A stretch of DNA of 51,641 nt from sequence record SRR22947727_1404, one strand, 5' to 3'. The position numbers were made by a program, and so were the translations under genes. The notes under the pieces were generated by a model, which saw only the letters and a list, made by a program, of their open reading frames with translations, was not told the DNA's origin and did not search any database. Numbering within the stretch: the first letter of the stretch is position 1; the number at the start of each line of letters is the position of its first letter. This document shows positions 1 to 11,334 of the stretch, in pieces.

Positions 1-36
1 AACGGCTCCCCCCGCCCAGAGGCGAGGGGGGTGTTC

Positions 37-1713
37 TTAGAACAGGCCTTCGATTTCGCCTGCATCATTGAGCATAATTGTTTCGGCAGCCGGTTTGCGC
101 GGCAATCCCGGCATGGTCATGATTTCACCACAGACCGCCACAACAAAGCCAGCGCCAGCGGACAAGCGCACTTCGCGCACCGGCACAGAGTGGCCCACAG
201 GCGCGCCGCGCAGATTGGGATCCGTGCTGAAGCTGTATTGCGTCTTGGCCATACAAACGGGCAAATGCCCATAGCCCTGCGCTTCCCAATCCTTCAACTG
301 ATTGCGGATCTTTTGATCCATCAAGGCCTCATCGGCGCGGTAGATCCGTTTGCAAATGGTTTGGATCTTTTCTGCCAAGGGCATCTCATCTGCGTAGATC
401 GGCGCGAAATTGGCCATATCGGCATCGGCGATCTCCGCCACACGAGTGGCCAAAGCCTCAGCGCCCTTACCGCCAAATTCCCAATGCTGCGAAACGATCG
501 CTTCAGAGCCCTGCCCGGCGACAAAGTCTTTCACCGCTTGCACTTCAGCCTCAGTGTCGGTGACAAAATGGTTGATCGCGACAACCACAGGCACGCCAAA
601 GCTCTTCAGGTTTTCGATGTGGCGTCCCAAATTCGGGCAGCCGGCTTTCACCGCGTCAACATTCTCTGCACCAAGATCTGCCTTCGCGACACCGCCATTC
701 ATTTTCATCGCCCGAACCGTGGCCACCAGCACCACAGCAGAGGGCGCCAGGCCCGCTTTGCGGCACTTGATGTTGAGGAATTTCTCTGCGCCCAAGTCGG
801 CACCAAATCCAGCCTCAGTTACCACATAATCACAGAGTTTCAACGCAGTTGTGGTGGCGATCACCGAGTTACACCCGTGGGCAATATTGGCAAATGGACC
901 ACCATGCACAAAGGCCGGGTTGTTTTCCAAAGTCTGCACCAGGTTGGGCTGCATCGCATCTTTCAGCAAGACGGTCATCGCGCCATCTGCCTTAATATCG
1001 CGTGCAAAAACTGGGCTGCGGTCGCGGCGATAGGCCACGATCATATCACCAAGGCGTTTTTGCAAATCGGTCAGATCTTTGGCCAAACAGAGAATCGCCA
1101 TAACCTCCGAGGCAACGGTGATGTCAAAACCCGCTTCGCGTGGGAAGCCATTGGACACTCCGCCCAAAGAAGTTGTGATCTGCCGCAACGCGCGGTCATT
1201 CATATCAACAACCCGGCGCCACACCACGCGGCGTGTGTCGATGTCGAGCTCATTGCCCCAATAGATATGGTTGTCGATCATCGCGGACAAAAGACTGTGC
1301 GCCGAGGTAATTGCGTGAAAATCGCCTGTGAAATGCAGGTTCATGTCTTCCATCGGCACGATTTGCGCATAGCCGCCCCCGGCAGCGCCACCCTTCATCC
1401 CAAAATTAGGGCCTAAAGAGGCTTCACGAATACAGACCATTGCCTTCTTGCCGATGCGGTTCAATCCATCGCCCAGACCAACAGTGGTCGTGGTCTTGCC
1501 TTCACCCGCTGGCGTTGGGTTGATGGCAGTGACCAGGATCAACTTGCCATTCTTACGGTCTTGAACAGAATTGATGAAAGACTGGCTCACTTTGGCCTTA
1601 TCATGGCCGTAGGGCAGAAGGTCTTTGCTCTCGATTCCAATCTTAGCGCCAATGTCCTGAATTAGGGCTTTTGAAGCACCGCGTGCAATTTCAATATCCG
1701 ATTTGTAGCTCAC
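37..1713 (-). CDS. fhs: Formate--tetrahydrofolate ligase
   Basis: [37 protein letters not shown] and TMPGLP motifs; start moved to GTG at 1713, which has GGAG upstream (558 aa). Confidence 0.97.
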   Translation of the reverse strand: MSYKSDIEIARGASKALIQDIGAKIGIESKDLLPYGHDKAKVSQSFINSVQDRKNGKLILVTAINPTPAGEGKTTTTVGLGDGLNRIGKKAMVCIREASLGPNFGMKGGAAGGGYAQIVPMEDMNLHFTGDFHAITSAHSLLSAMIDNHIYWGNELDIDTRRVVWRRVVDMNDRALRQITTSLGGVSNGFPREAGFDITVASEVMAILCLAKDLTDLQKRLGDMIVAYRRDRSPVFARDIKADGAMTVLLKDAMQPNLVQTLENNPAFVHGGPFANIAHGCNSVIATTTALKLCDYVVTEAGFGADLGAEKFLNIKCRKAGLAPSAVVLVATVRAMKMNGGVAKADLGAENVDAVKAGCPNLGRHIENLKSFGVPVVVAINHFVTDTEAEVQAVKDFVAGQGSEAIVSQHWEFGGKGAEALATRVAEIADADMANFAPIYADEMPLAEKIQTICKRIYRADEALMDQKIRNQLKDWEAQGYGHLPVCMAKTQYSFSTDPNLRGAPVGHSVPVREVRLSAGAGFVVAVCGEIMTMPGLPRKPAAETIMLNDAGEIEGLF

Positions 1714-1910
1714 TTTAAGTCTCCAATGTGACCGCTTGATCAAAGTATACCGTTGCATGTACCGCCATCTGCGACAAAGTAGCAGAGTAAATCCGACATT
1801 TGCACTCGCGTGTGCGGCAGCCGTTTGACCTCGATGGGGTTCATTGGAAACCCCTACTTCAACTTTGAAACTTATTTGCTAACATTGTGGGATAAATAGT
1901 GGAGACGTCA

Positions 1911-1985
1911 TTGCAGCGATTCATTTTCATTGTGCACATAGCTATGCTGATTGGTGCCGCATATCTTATTCTTTGGATCACCTAG
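1911..1985 (+). CDS. Putative small single-pass membrane protein (24 aa; 28 aa from GTG 1899)
   Basis: MQRFIFIVHIAMLIGAAYLILWIT*; GGAG 6 nt before the TTG; continuous hydrophobic stretch; too short for the ORF track. Confidence 0.45.
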   Translation: MQRFIFIVHIAMLIGAAYLILWIT

Positions 1986-2005
1986 GCCAAAACGGGCGGC
2001 AAGGC

Positions 2006-2608
2006 CTATAGAAGGCGGGCTTGCCCATCCGCCTGCCAAGCGCGTTGCACAGGGCAGTGCAGGCGCAGCACATCGCCCAAGGCCAAGTCGCCATGTCGCT
2101 CGACCCAGGCGGTCACGCCGCGCTTGCCCTTGGCATGGGCTTTAAAGGACTTCCCTTGCCCGGGCAGATCCCGCTCAATGGTCATGCCGACCTGATAGCA
2201 AGGGTGGTTTTGCATATCCACCACCAAAGTCGTGCCTTGCTGTGCCTGAAGCCGTGAAGACGGCGGGATATGGGAAAAATCTCGGCATCCCGACACCACC
2301 ATCGTCGCCCCAAGCCATTGGGGATTGAACTGCGCCAGCCCCATATCGCGCGCAATCTGGTCTATTTCTTCCTGGCTAACGATGCTCAGCTGCCGCACAT
2401 TGATGATGTCCGTGCCACGCGGATGCTGTTGCAACACACGGCTGTCTGAGGCGCGTGTCCGGCCTCGATGCGCCGCCCCCACAACCCCATCCCAATCCAA
2501 TTGCAGCCGTTTGCGCGGCTCTGTCTCGATTTCAATTTCGCGCCGATGCGTGACCACGCCCAGCCAAGTGATGGTGAGGTAAACATCTGTTGCTTCCAAT
2601 GCAGGCAT
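2006..2608 (-). CDS. MOSC domain-containing protein
   Basis: NVRQLSIVS, NHPC (conserved Cys) and RGVTAWVER motifs; GGAGG SD. Confidence 0.85.
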   Translation of the reverse strand: MPALEATDVYLTITWLGVVTHRREIEIETEPRKRLQLDWDGVVGAAHRGRTRASDSRVLQQHPRGTDIINVRQLSIVSQEEIDQIARDMGLAQFNPQWLGATMVVSGCRDFSHIPPSSRLQAQQGTTLVVDMQNHPCYQVGMTIERDLPGQGKSFKAHAKGKRGVTAWVERHGDLALGDVLRLHCPVQRAWQADGQARLL

Positions 2609-2622
2609 CGCCGCACCTCCCC

Positions 2623-2658
2623 AAAAAAAGCCCCCGCCTTTGGTATAAGGCAGGGGCT
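2623..2658 (-). terminator. Rho-independent terminator after ftsH
   Basis: AGCCCCTGCCTT-ATACCA-AAGGCGGGGGCT followed by a T run. Confidence 0.85.
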
Positions 2659-2666
2659 CAAAGACC

Positions 2667-4586
2667 CTAGGCCGTGGGCTCGGGTTCCATCCCGCCGCCG
2701 CTGCTGCTGCTCGGCTTCGGCTTGGTTTTGGGAACCGCCGTCACCGATGGTGTGCCGCCCGATGTCGCGCTATCATCTTCATCGCCATCACGGTCAAGGC
2801 TCTCGCCCTCCATCACCTTTTTGATTTCCGCCCCAGTCAGGGTTTCATATTCCAAAAGGCCCTGCGCCAGATTCTCAAAGCGCTCTTTATTGTCAACGAT
2901 GGTCTTCATGGCCAAGTCATAACCATTTTGCACAAAGCTGCGCACCTCAGTTTCGATCAATTCCTTGGTGGCCGCAGAGGTTGACAGGCCTGATGTCCGG
3001 CCAGAATACCCTTCCGCCGCTTCGGAATAGTCAATATTGCCAACTTTATCGGACATGCCCCAGCGCATCACCATGGCGCGCGCCAGACTTGAGGCCTGTT
3101 GAATATCGCCTGACGGGCCATTCGACACCTGATCTTCACCATATTTGAAGATCTCAGCCGCCTTGCCGGCCATGGTCATCGCCAATTCATCGTGGCACTC
3201 ATCACGGTGGAAGTTGAGACGATCCATTTCCGGCAGGCTCATCACCATACCGCCGGCGCCGCCACGAGCGATGATTGTGGCTTTGTAAACCGGTTGGCAT
3301 TTTGGCAAAAGTGAACCGACCAAAGCGTGGCCTGCTTCATGGTAGGCTGTCTTCTCCAACTGCTCCTTGGTGCGCACCATGGAGCGCCTCTCTGCGCCCA
3401 TAAGGATCTTATCCTTGGCCTTCTCAAAATCTTCCATTGTCACCAAACGGCGTCCAATACGCGCAGCCGCCAGGGCCGACTCATTGACCAAATTGGCCAA
3501 ATCCGCACCCGAGAAACCAGGCGTGCCCCGGGCAATGATCCGCAAGTCCACATCGGGGCCCGTTGGCAATTTGCGCGCATGCACGCCCAATATTTTCTCA
3601 CGCCCTCTCAGATCCGGGCTTGGAACGGTCACCTGCCGATCAAAACGACCCGGGCGCAGCAGCGCGGGATCAAGCACATCTTTGCGGTTGGTCGCCGCGA
3701 CGATAATAATGCCCTCATTGGCCTCAAAACCGTCCATTTCAACCAAAAGCTGGTTGAGGGTTTGCTCGCGCTCGTCATTGCCGCCCCCGTAGCCAGCACC
3801 ACGCGCCCGGCCCACCGCATCGATTTCATCGATAAACAATATGCATGGCGCATTCTTTTTCGCCTGCTCAAACATATCGCGCACGCGGCTCGCACCGACG
3901 CCCACAAACATTTCAACAAAATCCGAACCGGAAATCGAGAAGAAGGGCACGCCCGCCTCACCCGCAATCGCCCGCGCCAGGAGGGTCTTACCCGTGCCCG
4001 GGGCACCTTCCAGCAATGCGCCTTTCGGAATTTTACCGCCCAAGCGGCTAAATTTTTGTGGATTCTTCAAAAAATCGACGATTTCTTCCAGCTCTTCCTT
4101 GGCTTCGTCAATACCCGCCACATCGTCAAAGGTGACATTGCCTTGCTTTTCGGTCAGCATCTTCGCGCGGCTCTTGCCAAAGCCCATAGCGCCGCCCTTA
4201 CCGCCACCCTGCATCCGGTTCATGAAATAGATCCACACCCCAACGAGAAGCATGATCGGCAGGAGCGACAAGAGGATCGATTGGAACATTGAGGTTTCTT
4301 GTGACGTGGCCGCAACGCTCACGCCTTTAGACACCAAAAGATCGCTGATCTGCGCATCACCTGGAACGATTGTGACATATTCCGTGCCATTGGGCCCAGT
4401 GTAAGTGACCGTCTCGCCGTCCAGCGTGGCGCGGCTGACCTGGCCATTTTCAACCGCCTGTACAAAGTCAGAATAGGTTGTGGTGCGGCTCGAGGCTGTG
4501 CTTGCATCCCCAGAGAACAAACGAAACAGCATCAAAAGCAAGATGAACAATACAAACCAAAAGGCGAGGTTGCGTAGATTACCCAA
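2667..4586 (-). CDS. ftsH: ATP-dependent zinc metalloprotease FtsH
   Basis: Two N-terminal TMs, Walker A GAPGTGKT, Walker B FIDEID, SRH RPGRFD, HEAGH zinc motif; TTG start with AGGAG. Confidence 0.98.
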   Translation of the reverse strand: MGNLRNLAFWFVLFILLLMLFRLFSGDASTASSRTTTYSDFVQAVENGQVSRATLDGETVTYTGPNGTEYVTIVPGDAQISDLLVSKGVSVAATSQETSMFQSILLSLLPIMLLVGVWIYFMNRMQGGGKGGAMGFGKSRAKMLTEKQGNVTFDDVAGIDEAKEELEEIVDFLKNPQKFSRLGGKIPKGALLEGAPGTGKTLLARAIAGEAGVPFFSISGSDFVEMFVGVGASRVRDMFEQAKKNAPCILFIDEIDAVGRARGAGYGGGNDEREQTLNQLLVEMDGFEANEGIIIVAATNRKDVLDPALLRPGRFDRQVTVPSPDLRGREKILGVHARKLPTGPDVDLRIIARGTPGFSGADLANLVNESALAAARIGRRLVTMEDFEKAKDKILMGAERRSMVRTKEQLEKTAYHEAGHALVGSLLPKCQPVYKATIIARGGAGGMVMSLPEMDRLNFHRDECHDELAMTMAGKAAEIFKYGEDQVSNGPSGDIQQASSLARAMVMRWGMSDKVGNIDYSEAAEGYSGRTSGLSTSAATKELIETEVRSFVQNGYDLAMKTIVDNKERFENLAQGLLEYETLTGAEIKKVMEGESLDRDGDEDDSATSGGTPSVTAVPKTKPKPSSSSGGGMEPEPTA

Positions 4587-4645
4587 GGGAAACTCCTATT
4601 AGAACCGCAATGTGTCGACACGAGATAGCGTCGGGCTTTGACCTA

Positions 4646-4672
4646 AGATAGACATCACACCGCTTTATTCAA
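4646..4672 (-). promoter_or_regulatory. Candidate RpoH (sigma32)-type promoter of ftsH
   Basis: TTG(AA)-N18-CTATCT resembles the alphaproteobacterial RpoH consensus; ftsH is a typical heat-shock gene. Confidence 0.5.
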
Positions 4673-4679
4673 CGGGGTA

Positions 4680-5903
4680 CTACCATTCCCAGGGCGGTGA
4701 AACCACCTTAAGCATATCTTTTGGGCCAAATTGCGCCATTGGTGCGGCCAAAAGCCTTTGCCCTTGCCACAAAGATGGGCTGGCCAAAAGCGCCAAACGC
4801 GGGCGGCCACTGTCCCGCCACCCCGGGCATTGCCCAAGGCCAGAGGGGCCAAGCGCCCGAATTTCATATGATTTTTCAGCATTCACCATGGAGATCCGGC
4901 CATCCCAGGGCGCGCCAGCTTGCGCCACCTGCCTTTCCACCACAGAAAATTCCCGAGAAATCCGCAGCACTGTCTTGGACTGCGGTATTAGGACACATCC
5001 ATGCAGGGTCACTGTTTTTTTTGCCGCAAGCGCTCTAAGCAGTGCAGAATTTCGGGGCCTATAGGGCTGACCGCTGATCCAATTGAGGGCAGCCGACACC
5101 ATGCGCTCGATATATTCACGCGGCAGGCGGCTCAAGGCCACCCGATCGAAAAGCACATCGGTGACATCAATTTGCGCCACCTGCGGCCAAAGCCCTCGCG
5201 TCGAAAATTCGAGAGCCTCTTGAACGTGGCGCATGCGTGTGGCGGTTGCGGCCAGCCTAGGGCCCGTTAATCCAAGCGCCTCTAACTCGGGCGCCGCCTG
5301 ACGCATCCGCACACGCATGAAAGCCGGATCTTCGTTGCTTGGATCATTGCACCAGCCCTGCCCCTGCGCATGCAAGAAACCCTGCAAATCCTCCCTGCAG
5401 AACGCGAGCAAGGGGCGCTGCCAGTCCATGTCGCGATCTGTCCAACGCCCGCGCATTTCGCTAAGACCATCCGCGCCAGAGCCGCGGGCCAAGCGGATCA
5501 GAAAGTTTTCCGCCACATCGGTCTGACTGTGCCCCAAACAAATACAGCGGCACGCCATATCCCGCCCCCAGGCCGCCAGAGCCTCATAACGCGCGCTGCG
5601 GGCGCGGGCTTGAAGATTGGGGCCCTTGGGCAGATCGCTTATCGTTAGGGTAGTATGGGCGACGCCCAGCTTGCCGCAAAGCGCGTTGACCCAAAGCGCT
5701 TCTTCCTTCGCTTCAGCCCGCAGCCCATGGTCGACCGTGGCGGCGCACAAATGCGCCTGAGGCATGGCGGCACGCAAGGCCAGAAGCAGCGCGACAGAAT
5801 CAGATCCACCCGACACTGCAACCCCAATCACCGCGTCTTTTGGCAGCGGCGCAAAGACCTCAGCGAGATGCGATGAGATGTCCTGTGGCGGCTCGAGGCT
5901 CAT
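4680..5903 (-). CDS. tilS: tRNA(Ile)-lysidine synthetase
   Basis: PP-loop VAVSGGSDS, VDHGLR, ARSARY, DPSN; lies between cpoB and ftsH. Confidence 0.95.
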   Translation of the reverse strand: MSLEPPQDISSHLAEVFAPLPKDAVIGVAVSGGSDSVALLLALRAAMPQAHLCAATVDHGLRAEAKEEALWVNALCGKLGVAHTTLTISDLPKGPNLQARARSARYEALAAWGRDMACRCICLGHSQTDVAENFLIRLARGSGADGLSEMRGRWTDRDMDWQRPLLAFCREDLQGFLHAQGQGWCNDPSNEDPAFMRVRMRQAAPELEALGLTGPRLAATATRMRHVQEALEFSTRGLWPQVAQIDVTDVLFDRVALSRLPREYIERMVSAALNWISGQPYRPRNSALLRALAAKKTVTLHGCVLIPQSKTVLRISREFSVVERQVAQAGAPWDGRISMVNAEKSYEIRALGPSGLGQCPGWRDSGRPRLALLASPSLWQGQRLLAAPMAQFGPKDMLKVVSPPWEW

Positions 5904-6688
5904 GGGCAGGACAGCTCGGCCTCGGCCAGCTTGGCATCGTCTGCAACCTCTGTTTGCGCATAGCGAAATTGAACTTCACTCAGGGTCAAACACCCCTCTT
6001 GCGCATTGCCCATGCGGTGGAACGACAAAGCCAGGTGATAGAGTGCCGAGGGCGCGACCTCATTGGACTCATCCATAGAATAGGCCTCTAGATAGGCCCG
6101 CGCCGCCAGACGAAACTCGGCACTGTCCATATAGGCATGTCCAAGCAGCAAATGCGCCCGCTGCGTAAGCGGGCCAATGGGAAAGACCTTAACGAATTCT
6201 TCGAACATTTGTGCAGCACTGCCGGTGTCGCCAGACAGCAGCATGTCATTGGCGGCATCAAACTCTGCTTGCTCTGATATCGTTAATATCTCACCGGGCA
6301 GAACCAGATCCAAGCCTGAGCCCGAATCAGATCCAAGGGGGAGCGTGGCGCCCAATTGCGTCACCACACAGCCCGGTTCCATGGCGCAGATGCGCGCCTC
6401 AAGCATGGCAATTCTCTGGGTCGCATCCCGGACAATCGCAGAAATGCGGTAGGCCAGCTCTTCGGTCTGGCCGGTCAAACGCTGCAATTCGTTTTCAATG
6501 GCTGCCGTGCGATCCAACAGCGCCCCATCATTGGTAAAGCCGCCCTTTTGCGCGGTGGTCAACTCCAGGCGCAGGCGTTTGGTTTCATACAATAGACCCG
6601 CAAGATCTTGACGCATATCTGCCAAACTGTCGGCAGAGGCGGGACCAGATAGCCCCGCGATCAAAATCAATGCGCGGCCCAGATGCAT
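5900..6688 (-). CDS. cpoB: Tol-Pal system protein CpoB/YbgF (coiled coil + TPR)
   Basis: Signal peptide, coiled coil, C-terminal TPR-like helices (AARAYL, GCLTLSEV); directly after pal. Confidence 0.85.
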   Translation of the reverse strand: MHLGRALILIAGLSGPASADSLADMRQDLAGLLYETKRLRLELTTAQKGGFTNDGALLDRTAAIENELQRLTGQTEELAYRISAIVRDATQRIAMLEARICAMEPGCVVTQLGATLPLGSDSGSGLDLVLPGEILTISEQAEFDAANDMLLSGDTGSAAQMFEEFVKVFPIGPLTQRAHLLLGHAYMDSAEFRLAARAYLEAYSMDESNEVAPSALYHLALSFHRMGNAQEGCLTLSEVQFRYAQTEVADDAKLAEAELSCP

Positions 6689-7197
6689 CAGCTCAAGCTC
6701 TGGGTCAAAATGGTCACTGTCCGGCGGTTTTTCTCATAGCATCGCTCAGAGCTGCAAATTTCAACAGGCCGCTCCTTGCCGTAGCTGCGGGTCTTGAGCC
6801 GCAGGCCCGAAACGCCGCGCGCGACAAGGTATTCTTGCACCGACTGCGCCCGCCGGAAGCCCAGCGCGAGGTTGTATTCGCGCGTGCCACGCTCATCCGC
6901 ATGGCCTTCGAGAATGATGACATAGCCTGGGTTGCCCAGAAGCCATTCCGCTTGGATATCCAAAGCGGCTTTGGAGGCGGTGTTCAATGTGAATTCATCC
7001 ACATCAAACAACACCGTATCGCCGACGGAATTTTGGAAATAAGCCACAGAGGTCGGATCATTCAAATCCTCAGAGCTGATTTCATTGTCGTTCCAACCGG
7101 ACCCACCATCGAGCCCTGCGGTGTTGTATCCCCCATTGCTATCGGAGCAGGCCGCGAGGGTCACCATAGCCGCGAGGGCCAGATACATCGTTCTCAT
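6688..7197 (-). CDS. pal: Peptidoglycan-associated lipoprotein
   Basis: Lipobox LAAC; EGHADERGTREYNLALG and YGKERP OmpA-like motifs. Confidence 0.96.
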   Translation of the reverse strand: MRTMYLALAAMVTLAACSDSNGGYNTAGLDGGSGWNDNEISSEDLNDPTSVAYFQNSVGDTVLFDVDEFTLNTASKAALDIQAEWLLGNPGYVIILEGHADERGTREYNLALGFRRAQSVQEYLVARGVSGLRLKTRSYGKERPVEICSSERCYEKNRRTVTILTQSLS

Positions 7198-7242
7198 GTT
7201 GGTCTCCTTTCACAGAAACATAGCATCATCAGGCCCCCTAGC

Positions 7243-8565
7243 CTAAGGTAAAACAGGGCCCCAAGACGGATCAGACGCAGGTCTGCGCAGGTTCAAGGCG
7301 CGCAGGTTCCTGCCAGAAATATCGACCGAATACAGGCTCGGCGCGCCCTTTGGTCCTTGGGTTTCGCGGGTAAACATAATCACCCGCCCATTGGGCGACC
7401 AGCTGGGCCCCTCATCCAAGAAAGAGGCCGATAAGAGCCGTTCTTCACTGCCATCGGTGCGCATGACACCAATTCCAAAACGCCCGTTGCTTTGTTTGGT
7501 AAAGGCGATCAAATCGCCACGCGGGCTCCAGACCGGCGTACCATAGCGCCCATTGCCAAAGGATATTCGCTTTGGCGTGCCGCCCGCCACTGACATAACA
7601 TAGAGTTGCTGCGTGCCGCTGCGGTCGCTTTCAAAAACAATTGAGCGCCCATCGGGGCTAAAGCTTGGGGCCGTATCAATGGAGGGGCTCGACGTCATCC
7701 GTGCCGAACGTGCGCTGGACAATTCCATCATATAAATATCGGTATTGCCGCCCTGCTCAAAGGAATAAACCACGCGTTTGGCATCGGGCGAAAACCGCGG
7801 TGAGAAGGCCATTCCATTATCCGGTGTCGGCAACCGCTTGCGCGCGGCGCTGCGCACGTTGAGCTGATAGATCTGCGGAAAACCCGTCTCCCAGCTGGTG
7901 TAGAGCACCTGCTTGCCATCACTGGAGACACGCGGCGCGAGAACGGTATTCTCATTGCCGGTCAAGAACTGCAAATTTTCGCCGTCATAATCCATGATGG
8001 CCAAACGCTTGAGCCGTTGGTCTTTCGGACCAGACTCGGAAACGAAGACGATCTTACTGTCAAAATAGGGCCCCTCACCGGTGATCCGCGCATAGACCTG
8101 ATCGGCCACCTTATGGGCCATGCGGCGCACAGCTTTGGTGCTTCCGCTGAGCTGCATGCCACTGCCCAACTGCACTCCAGAATAAATATCGAAAATGCGG
8201 AACTTGACGGTCAGCCGGCCAAAGCTGGTGGTTTTGACCGCGGCGGTGACCAAGGCCTGCGTATTGATGGCGCGCCAATCAGGATAGCGCACGGGCTCGG
8301 CAAAGCTGCTGCGCTGCGCGATAAAGCGGCTTGGCGGCACTTCGCGGAACAGGCCACTGCTGGATAAATCGGTGGCCACAATGCGCGACATTTCTGTGGC
8401 AATCGTCACCGCCTCAATATTTTCCGCTTCAAACATCGGAACCGCAAAGGTCAGAGGCTCAATCACCCCATCGGTGATTTCAATACGCAGAGGTCCATTT
8501 TGCGCCATGCCCGCACCTGTCCAAAGGCCAAACGCCAAAACACCAAAATAGATCAATCGCTTCAT
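7243..8565 (-). CDS. tolB: Tol-Pal beta-propeller protein TolB
   Basis: Signal peptide, [10 protein letters not shown]40 repeats ([21 protein letters not shown]). Confidence 0.97.
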   Translation of the reverse strand: MKRLIYFGVLAFGLWTGAGMAQNGPLRIEITDGVIEPLTFAVPMFEAENIEAVTIATEMSRIVATDLSSSGLFREVPPSRFIAQRSSFAEPVRYPDWRAINTQALVTAAVKTTSFGRLTVKFRIFDIYSGVQLGSGMQLSGSTKAVRRMAHKVADQVYARITGEGPYFDSKIVFVSESGPKDQRLKRLAIMDYDGENLQFLTGNENTVLAPRVSSDGKQVLYTSWETGFPQIYQLNVRSAARKRLPTPDNGMAFSPRFSPDAKRVVYSFEQGGNTDIYMMELSSARSARMTSSPSIDTAPSFSPDGRSIVFESDRSGTQQLYVMSVAGGTPKRISFGNGRYGTPVWSPRGDLIAFTKQSNGRFGIGVMRTDGSEERLLSASFLDEGPSWSPNGRVIMFTRETQGPKGAPSLYSVDISGRNLRALNLRRPASDPSWGPVLP

Positions 8566-9698
8566 CGCACTCTCATTTTCTCTGGGTTAAATGTTAATTC
8601 CACACGCCGCCAAGTTGCAAATTGGTCTTTCGGCAGTTCAAATCCCTGTGCGCCGCATCCTTGTATCGCACGCAGTGCGGTTTCAAAAGCCCGCTCTGCA
8701 CTGATCTCATCTCCCCCCTCAAAACCAAGCATCTTGATGCTATTGGCCACGGGTTTTCCATCACGTGTCAGCTCCATCTCCACCACCACAATCGTCGACA
8801 AGGCCGCCGATGACAAGGCGCCAAGGTTCCAACAATCTGCAATTGCCAGTTGCATACCACGAATGAATTGTTCTGCCAAAGGTGCCGCTGCGGCCTCTGG
8901 CCCCGCAGGGGCTTCGTCGCCTACCATCAATGCGGCATTCAACGCAGCTGTCACCGGATCGATCTGTGGCTCTTCCGGCTCGGGGTCGGGTGTCTCTGGC
9001 GCAGGCGCTGGAACGGCGCGCGGGGCCGGCCGGCTGCGTGGACGCACCGACCGTTCTGGCGCATTGGTCGTGACCTCGGGGGACGCAGAGGGTTTTTCCG
9101 CTTCTGTGACAATTTCCGGGGCCGCAGCCTCGGGGGCTTGCGCCTCCTGCTCCTGCGCGACCTCCGCCGGAGCCTCTTGCGGAGCGGCGGCCTCACGGCT
9201 CTGGGCGCCGAGATCCATCTCCATATCAGGCGCATTGATGGCGGCTGGCGCTATCCTTTGCGCCGGGCGCGGCTTTGGCGGCAGGCTGGTCTGCACTGGC
9301 GTTTGCGCGCTGTCATCCAAAAGAGGCGTCTGTAGCTCCACAGGCGGCAAAATCACCACGTCTTGCACAGGCACAACAGGTTCTGGCCGCCGCGAAGGCA
9401 GAGCATCGCCTGATGAAATTTGGCTCAAGCTTTGCGCCAATTGCGCGGGGGCGGCATCCACTTCTGGCGCGCTTGGCCCTTCGGCGGCCTCCTCAACCGG
9501 GATCGCCTCAGCGCTTGGAATTTCTGCGGAAATCTCTGGGCTGATGTTATTAATCATAACGTCAAACACCTCTGATGAGACAACAGACACATCTGCAACC
9601 GCCATCTCAGAGGGCTTACGGGAAAAATCCCCGTTAAGCACCAGCCAGCCCACAAACCCGAGATGGAGGGCGAAGGAAATATAGCTGCCCGGCGACAT
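8562..9698 (-). CDS. tolA: TolA-like energy transducer
   Basis: N-terminal TM with S-x3-H, Pro/Ala/Glu-rich linker, C-terminal CWN...ELTFNP domain; between tolR and tolB. Confidence 0.85.
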   Translation of the reverse strand: MSPGSYISFALHLGFVGWLVLNGDFSRKPSEMAVADVSVVSSEVFDVMINNISPEISAEIPSAEAIPVEEAAEGPSAPEVDAAPAQLAQSLSQISSGDALPSRRPEPVVPVQDVVILPPVELQTPLLDDSAQTPVQTSLPPKPRPAQRIAPAAINAPDMEMDLGAQSREAAAPQEAPAEVAQEQEAQAPEAAAPEIVTEAEKPSASPEVTTNAPERSVRPRSRPAPRAVPAPAPETPDPEPEEPQIDPVTAALNAALMVGDEAPAGPEAAAAPLAEQFIRGMQLAIADCWNLGALSSAALSTIVVVEMELTRDGKPVANSIKMLGFEGGDEISAERAFETALRAIQGCGAQGFELPKDQFATWRRVELTFNPEKMRVR

Positions 9699-9704
9699 AG
9701 GACC

Positions 9705-10169
9705 CTATCCGCCAGAGCCGTCAAATGTTGGACCACCCAAATCTGTGACCAAGCCGATATTGCCGAAGCCCGCAGCGTTCATCGCCCCCATGACCTGCAT
9801 CACCCGCGCATAGGGAATGGCGCCATCGGCCCGCAGGAAGACCTTATCATCTGCGCGTTCCTGGGCGATGCCGCGCAGACGGGTCAAGAATTCCGTCTCT
9901 GGCGTTTCGGTCGTCTGAATCACAATGGCGCCCTCGGCGGTGAGCGTGACGGTCAAAGGCTCCTCCGTTTCACTTGGCAAAGCGCCGGCGGCAGTTTTGG
10001 GCAAATCAACATCCACCCCGACCGTCAGCAAAGGCGCGGCCACCATGAATACGATCAGCAAAACCAACATCACATCCACAAAGGGTGTGACGTTAATTTC
10101 AGCCACAGGCCGGCTGCGCCGGCGCCGGCGCCGGCCTCCAGAGCGCTCCTCCGCCATGTCCAGCTTCAT
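9705..10169 (-). CDS. tolR: TolR
   Basis: EINVTPFVDVMLVLLIVFMVAAP; ATG 10169 preferred (GAGG upstream), TTG 10175 possible. Confidence 0.95.
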   Translation of the reverse strand: MKLDMAEERSGGRRRRRRSRPVAEINVTPFVDVMLVLLIVFMVAAPLLTVGVDVDLPKTAAGALPSETEEPLTVTLTAEGAIVIQTTETPETEFLTRLRGIAQERADDKVFLRADGAIPYARVMQVMGAMNAAGFGNIGLVTDLGGPTFDGSGG

Positions 10170-10178
10170 AGCCAAGCC

Positions 10179-10853
10179 TCAGCCCCCCAATTGGCGCGAT
10201 AGGATGGTTGAAAACTCATCGGCAAAGGCCTCATAACCGGCAATGACGCGGTCACAGCCAACGCTAAGATGGTTGTAAAACACCACCGCCGGGATCGCGG
10301 CCAAAAGCCCAAGTCCCGTGGCCAAAAGCGCTTCCGCAATCCCCGGCGCCACCACCGCCAAATTGGTATTTTGCTGTGCTGCAATCTCAATAAAGGCATT
10401 CATGATGCCCCAGACCGTCCCAAACAATCCAATGAAGGGCGCAACCGACCCGATAGAGGCCAAAATTGCCAAACCACTTTGCAGATCATTCGATTGCTTA
10501 GCCAAGGCCACATCCATGGAGCGTTCAATCCGCGATTGTGCCCCGGCAATCAACACCCCATCGCTGCGATGCGAGCGCCGCCATTCGGTCATACCGGCCG
10601 TAAAGATCAGCTCGCTGCCCCCTTTTGGCGCGGCACCAATTTTGTCAAAAAGCCCATCCAGCGGCTCACCAGACCAAAAGGCCTTGTCAAACTTCGCCGA
10701 GCGCCGACGCGCCAGGTTCAAAGTAATGCGCTTGTTAATCGCGATGGTCCAAGACCAAATTGACAGGCCAATCAGCAACACAATCACCGCCTGTACTGGC
10801 AGTGTCGCGCGTGAAAATAGGGCCCAAATCGAAAAATCGATTGCTGCTTCCAT
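10179..10853 (-). CDS. tolQ: TolQ
   Basis: PFIGLFGTVWGIM and VAPGIAEALLAT; start moved to ATG 10853. Confidence 0.96.
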   Translation of the reverse strand: MEAAIDFSIWALFSRATLPVQAVIVLLIGLSIWSWTIAINKRITLNLARRRSAKFDKAFWSGEPLDGLFDKIGAAPKGGSELIFTAGMTEWRRSHRSDGVLIAGAQSRIERSMDVALAKQSNDLQSGLAILASIGSVAPFIGLFGTVWGIMNAFIEIAAQQNTNLAVVAPGIAEALLATGLGLLAAIPAVVFYNHLSVGCDRVIAGYEAFADEFSTILSRQLGG

Positions 10854-10944
10854 GTGAATGCCTCTGTTTGTGGCTCTTTGACCGAGTTTTGCGCGAGTGT
10901 AGCGAAAAACCTTACAAAAAGCCAAGCATTCGAAGCAATAGTTT

Positions 10945-11334
10945 TTAAGCGTTGGAATTTCGGCGAAGTTCTGCCGGAAGACGGGTTGGCTTGCCCGTCT
11001 CAGTCAGAGCCACAATCGTCACTTCGGCGCTAAAAAGCACCTGCCCTCTGCGCTGCACCTCCTGGTGCAAGATCCACCGTGCCGGAGTGGATGACCTTCG
11101 CTGGCTCACCACCTCGAGCTGATCTCCCAGCCTTGCAGGGGCCAAATACTCTGCTTGAATGGAGCGCACGGCGAAGACCATTCCGGAGGCCTGAAGCGCC
11201 AATTGATCCACGCCCAATTGCGCCACCCAGGTCGAGCGCGCCCGTTCGATGAACTTTAAATAATTGGCATAATAGACAATGCCGCCCATATCCGTGTCTT
11301 CGTAATAGACAGTTAATTCGAATCTATGGCTCAT
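10945..11334 (-). CDS. ybgC: Tol-Pal-associated acyl-CoA thioesterase
   Basis: VYYEDTDMGGIVYYANYLKFIERAR; precedes tolQ. Confidence 0.94.
   Translation of the reverse strand: MSHRFELTVYYEDTDMGGIVYYANYLKFIERARSTWVAQLGVDQLALQASGMVFAVRSIQAEYLAPARLGDQLEVVSQRRSSTPARWILHQEVQRRGQVLFSAEVTIVALTETGKPTRLPAELRRNSNA

Noticed and set aside
7..31. GC hairpin after the fhs stop
   Set aside because: No T tail is visible and it lies at the window edge, so I cannot call it a terminator
31..1416. 461-aa + strand ORF
   Set aside because: Antisense shadow of fhs with no motifs; long shadow frames are common in GC-biased genes
8500..9684. 394-aa + strand ORF
   Set aside because: Low-complexity antisense shadow of tolA
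10110..10137. CGCCGG tandem repeat
   Set aside because: Encodes the ordinary Arg-rich N-terminus of TolR; not a phase-variable tract
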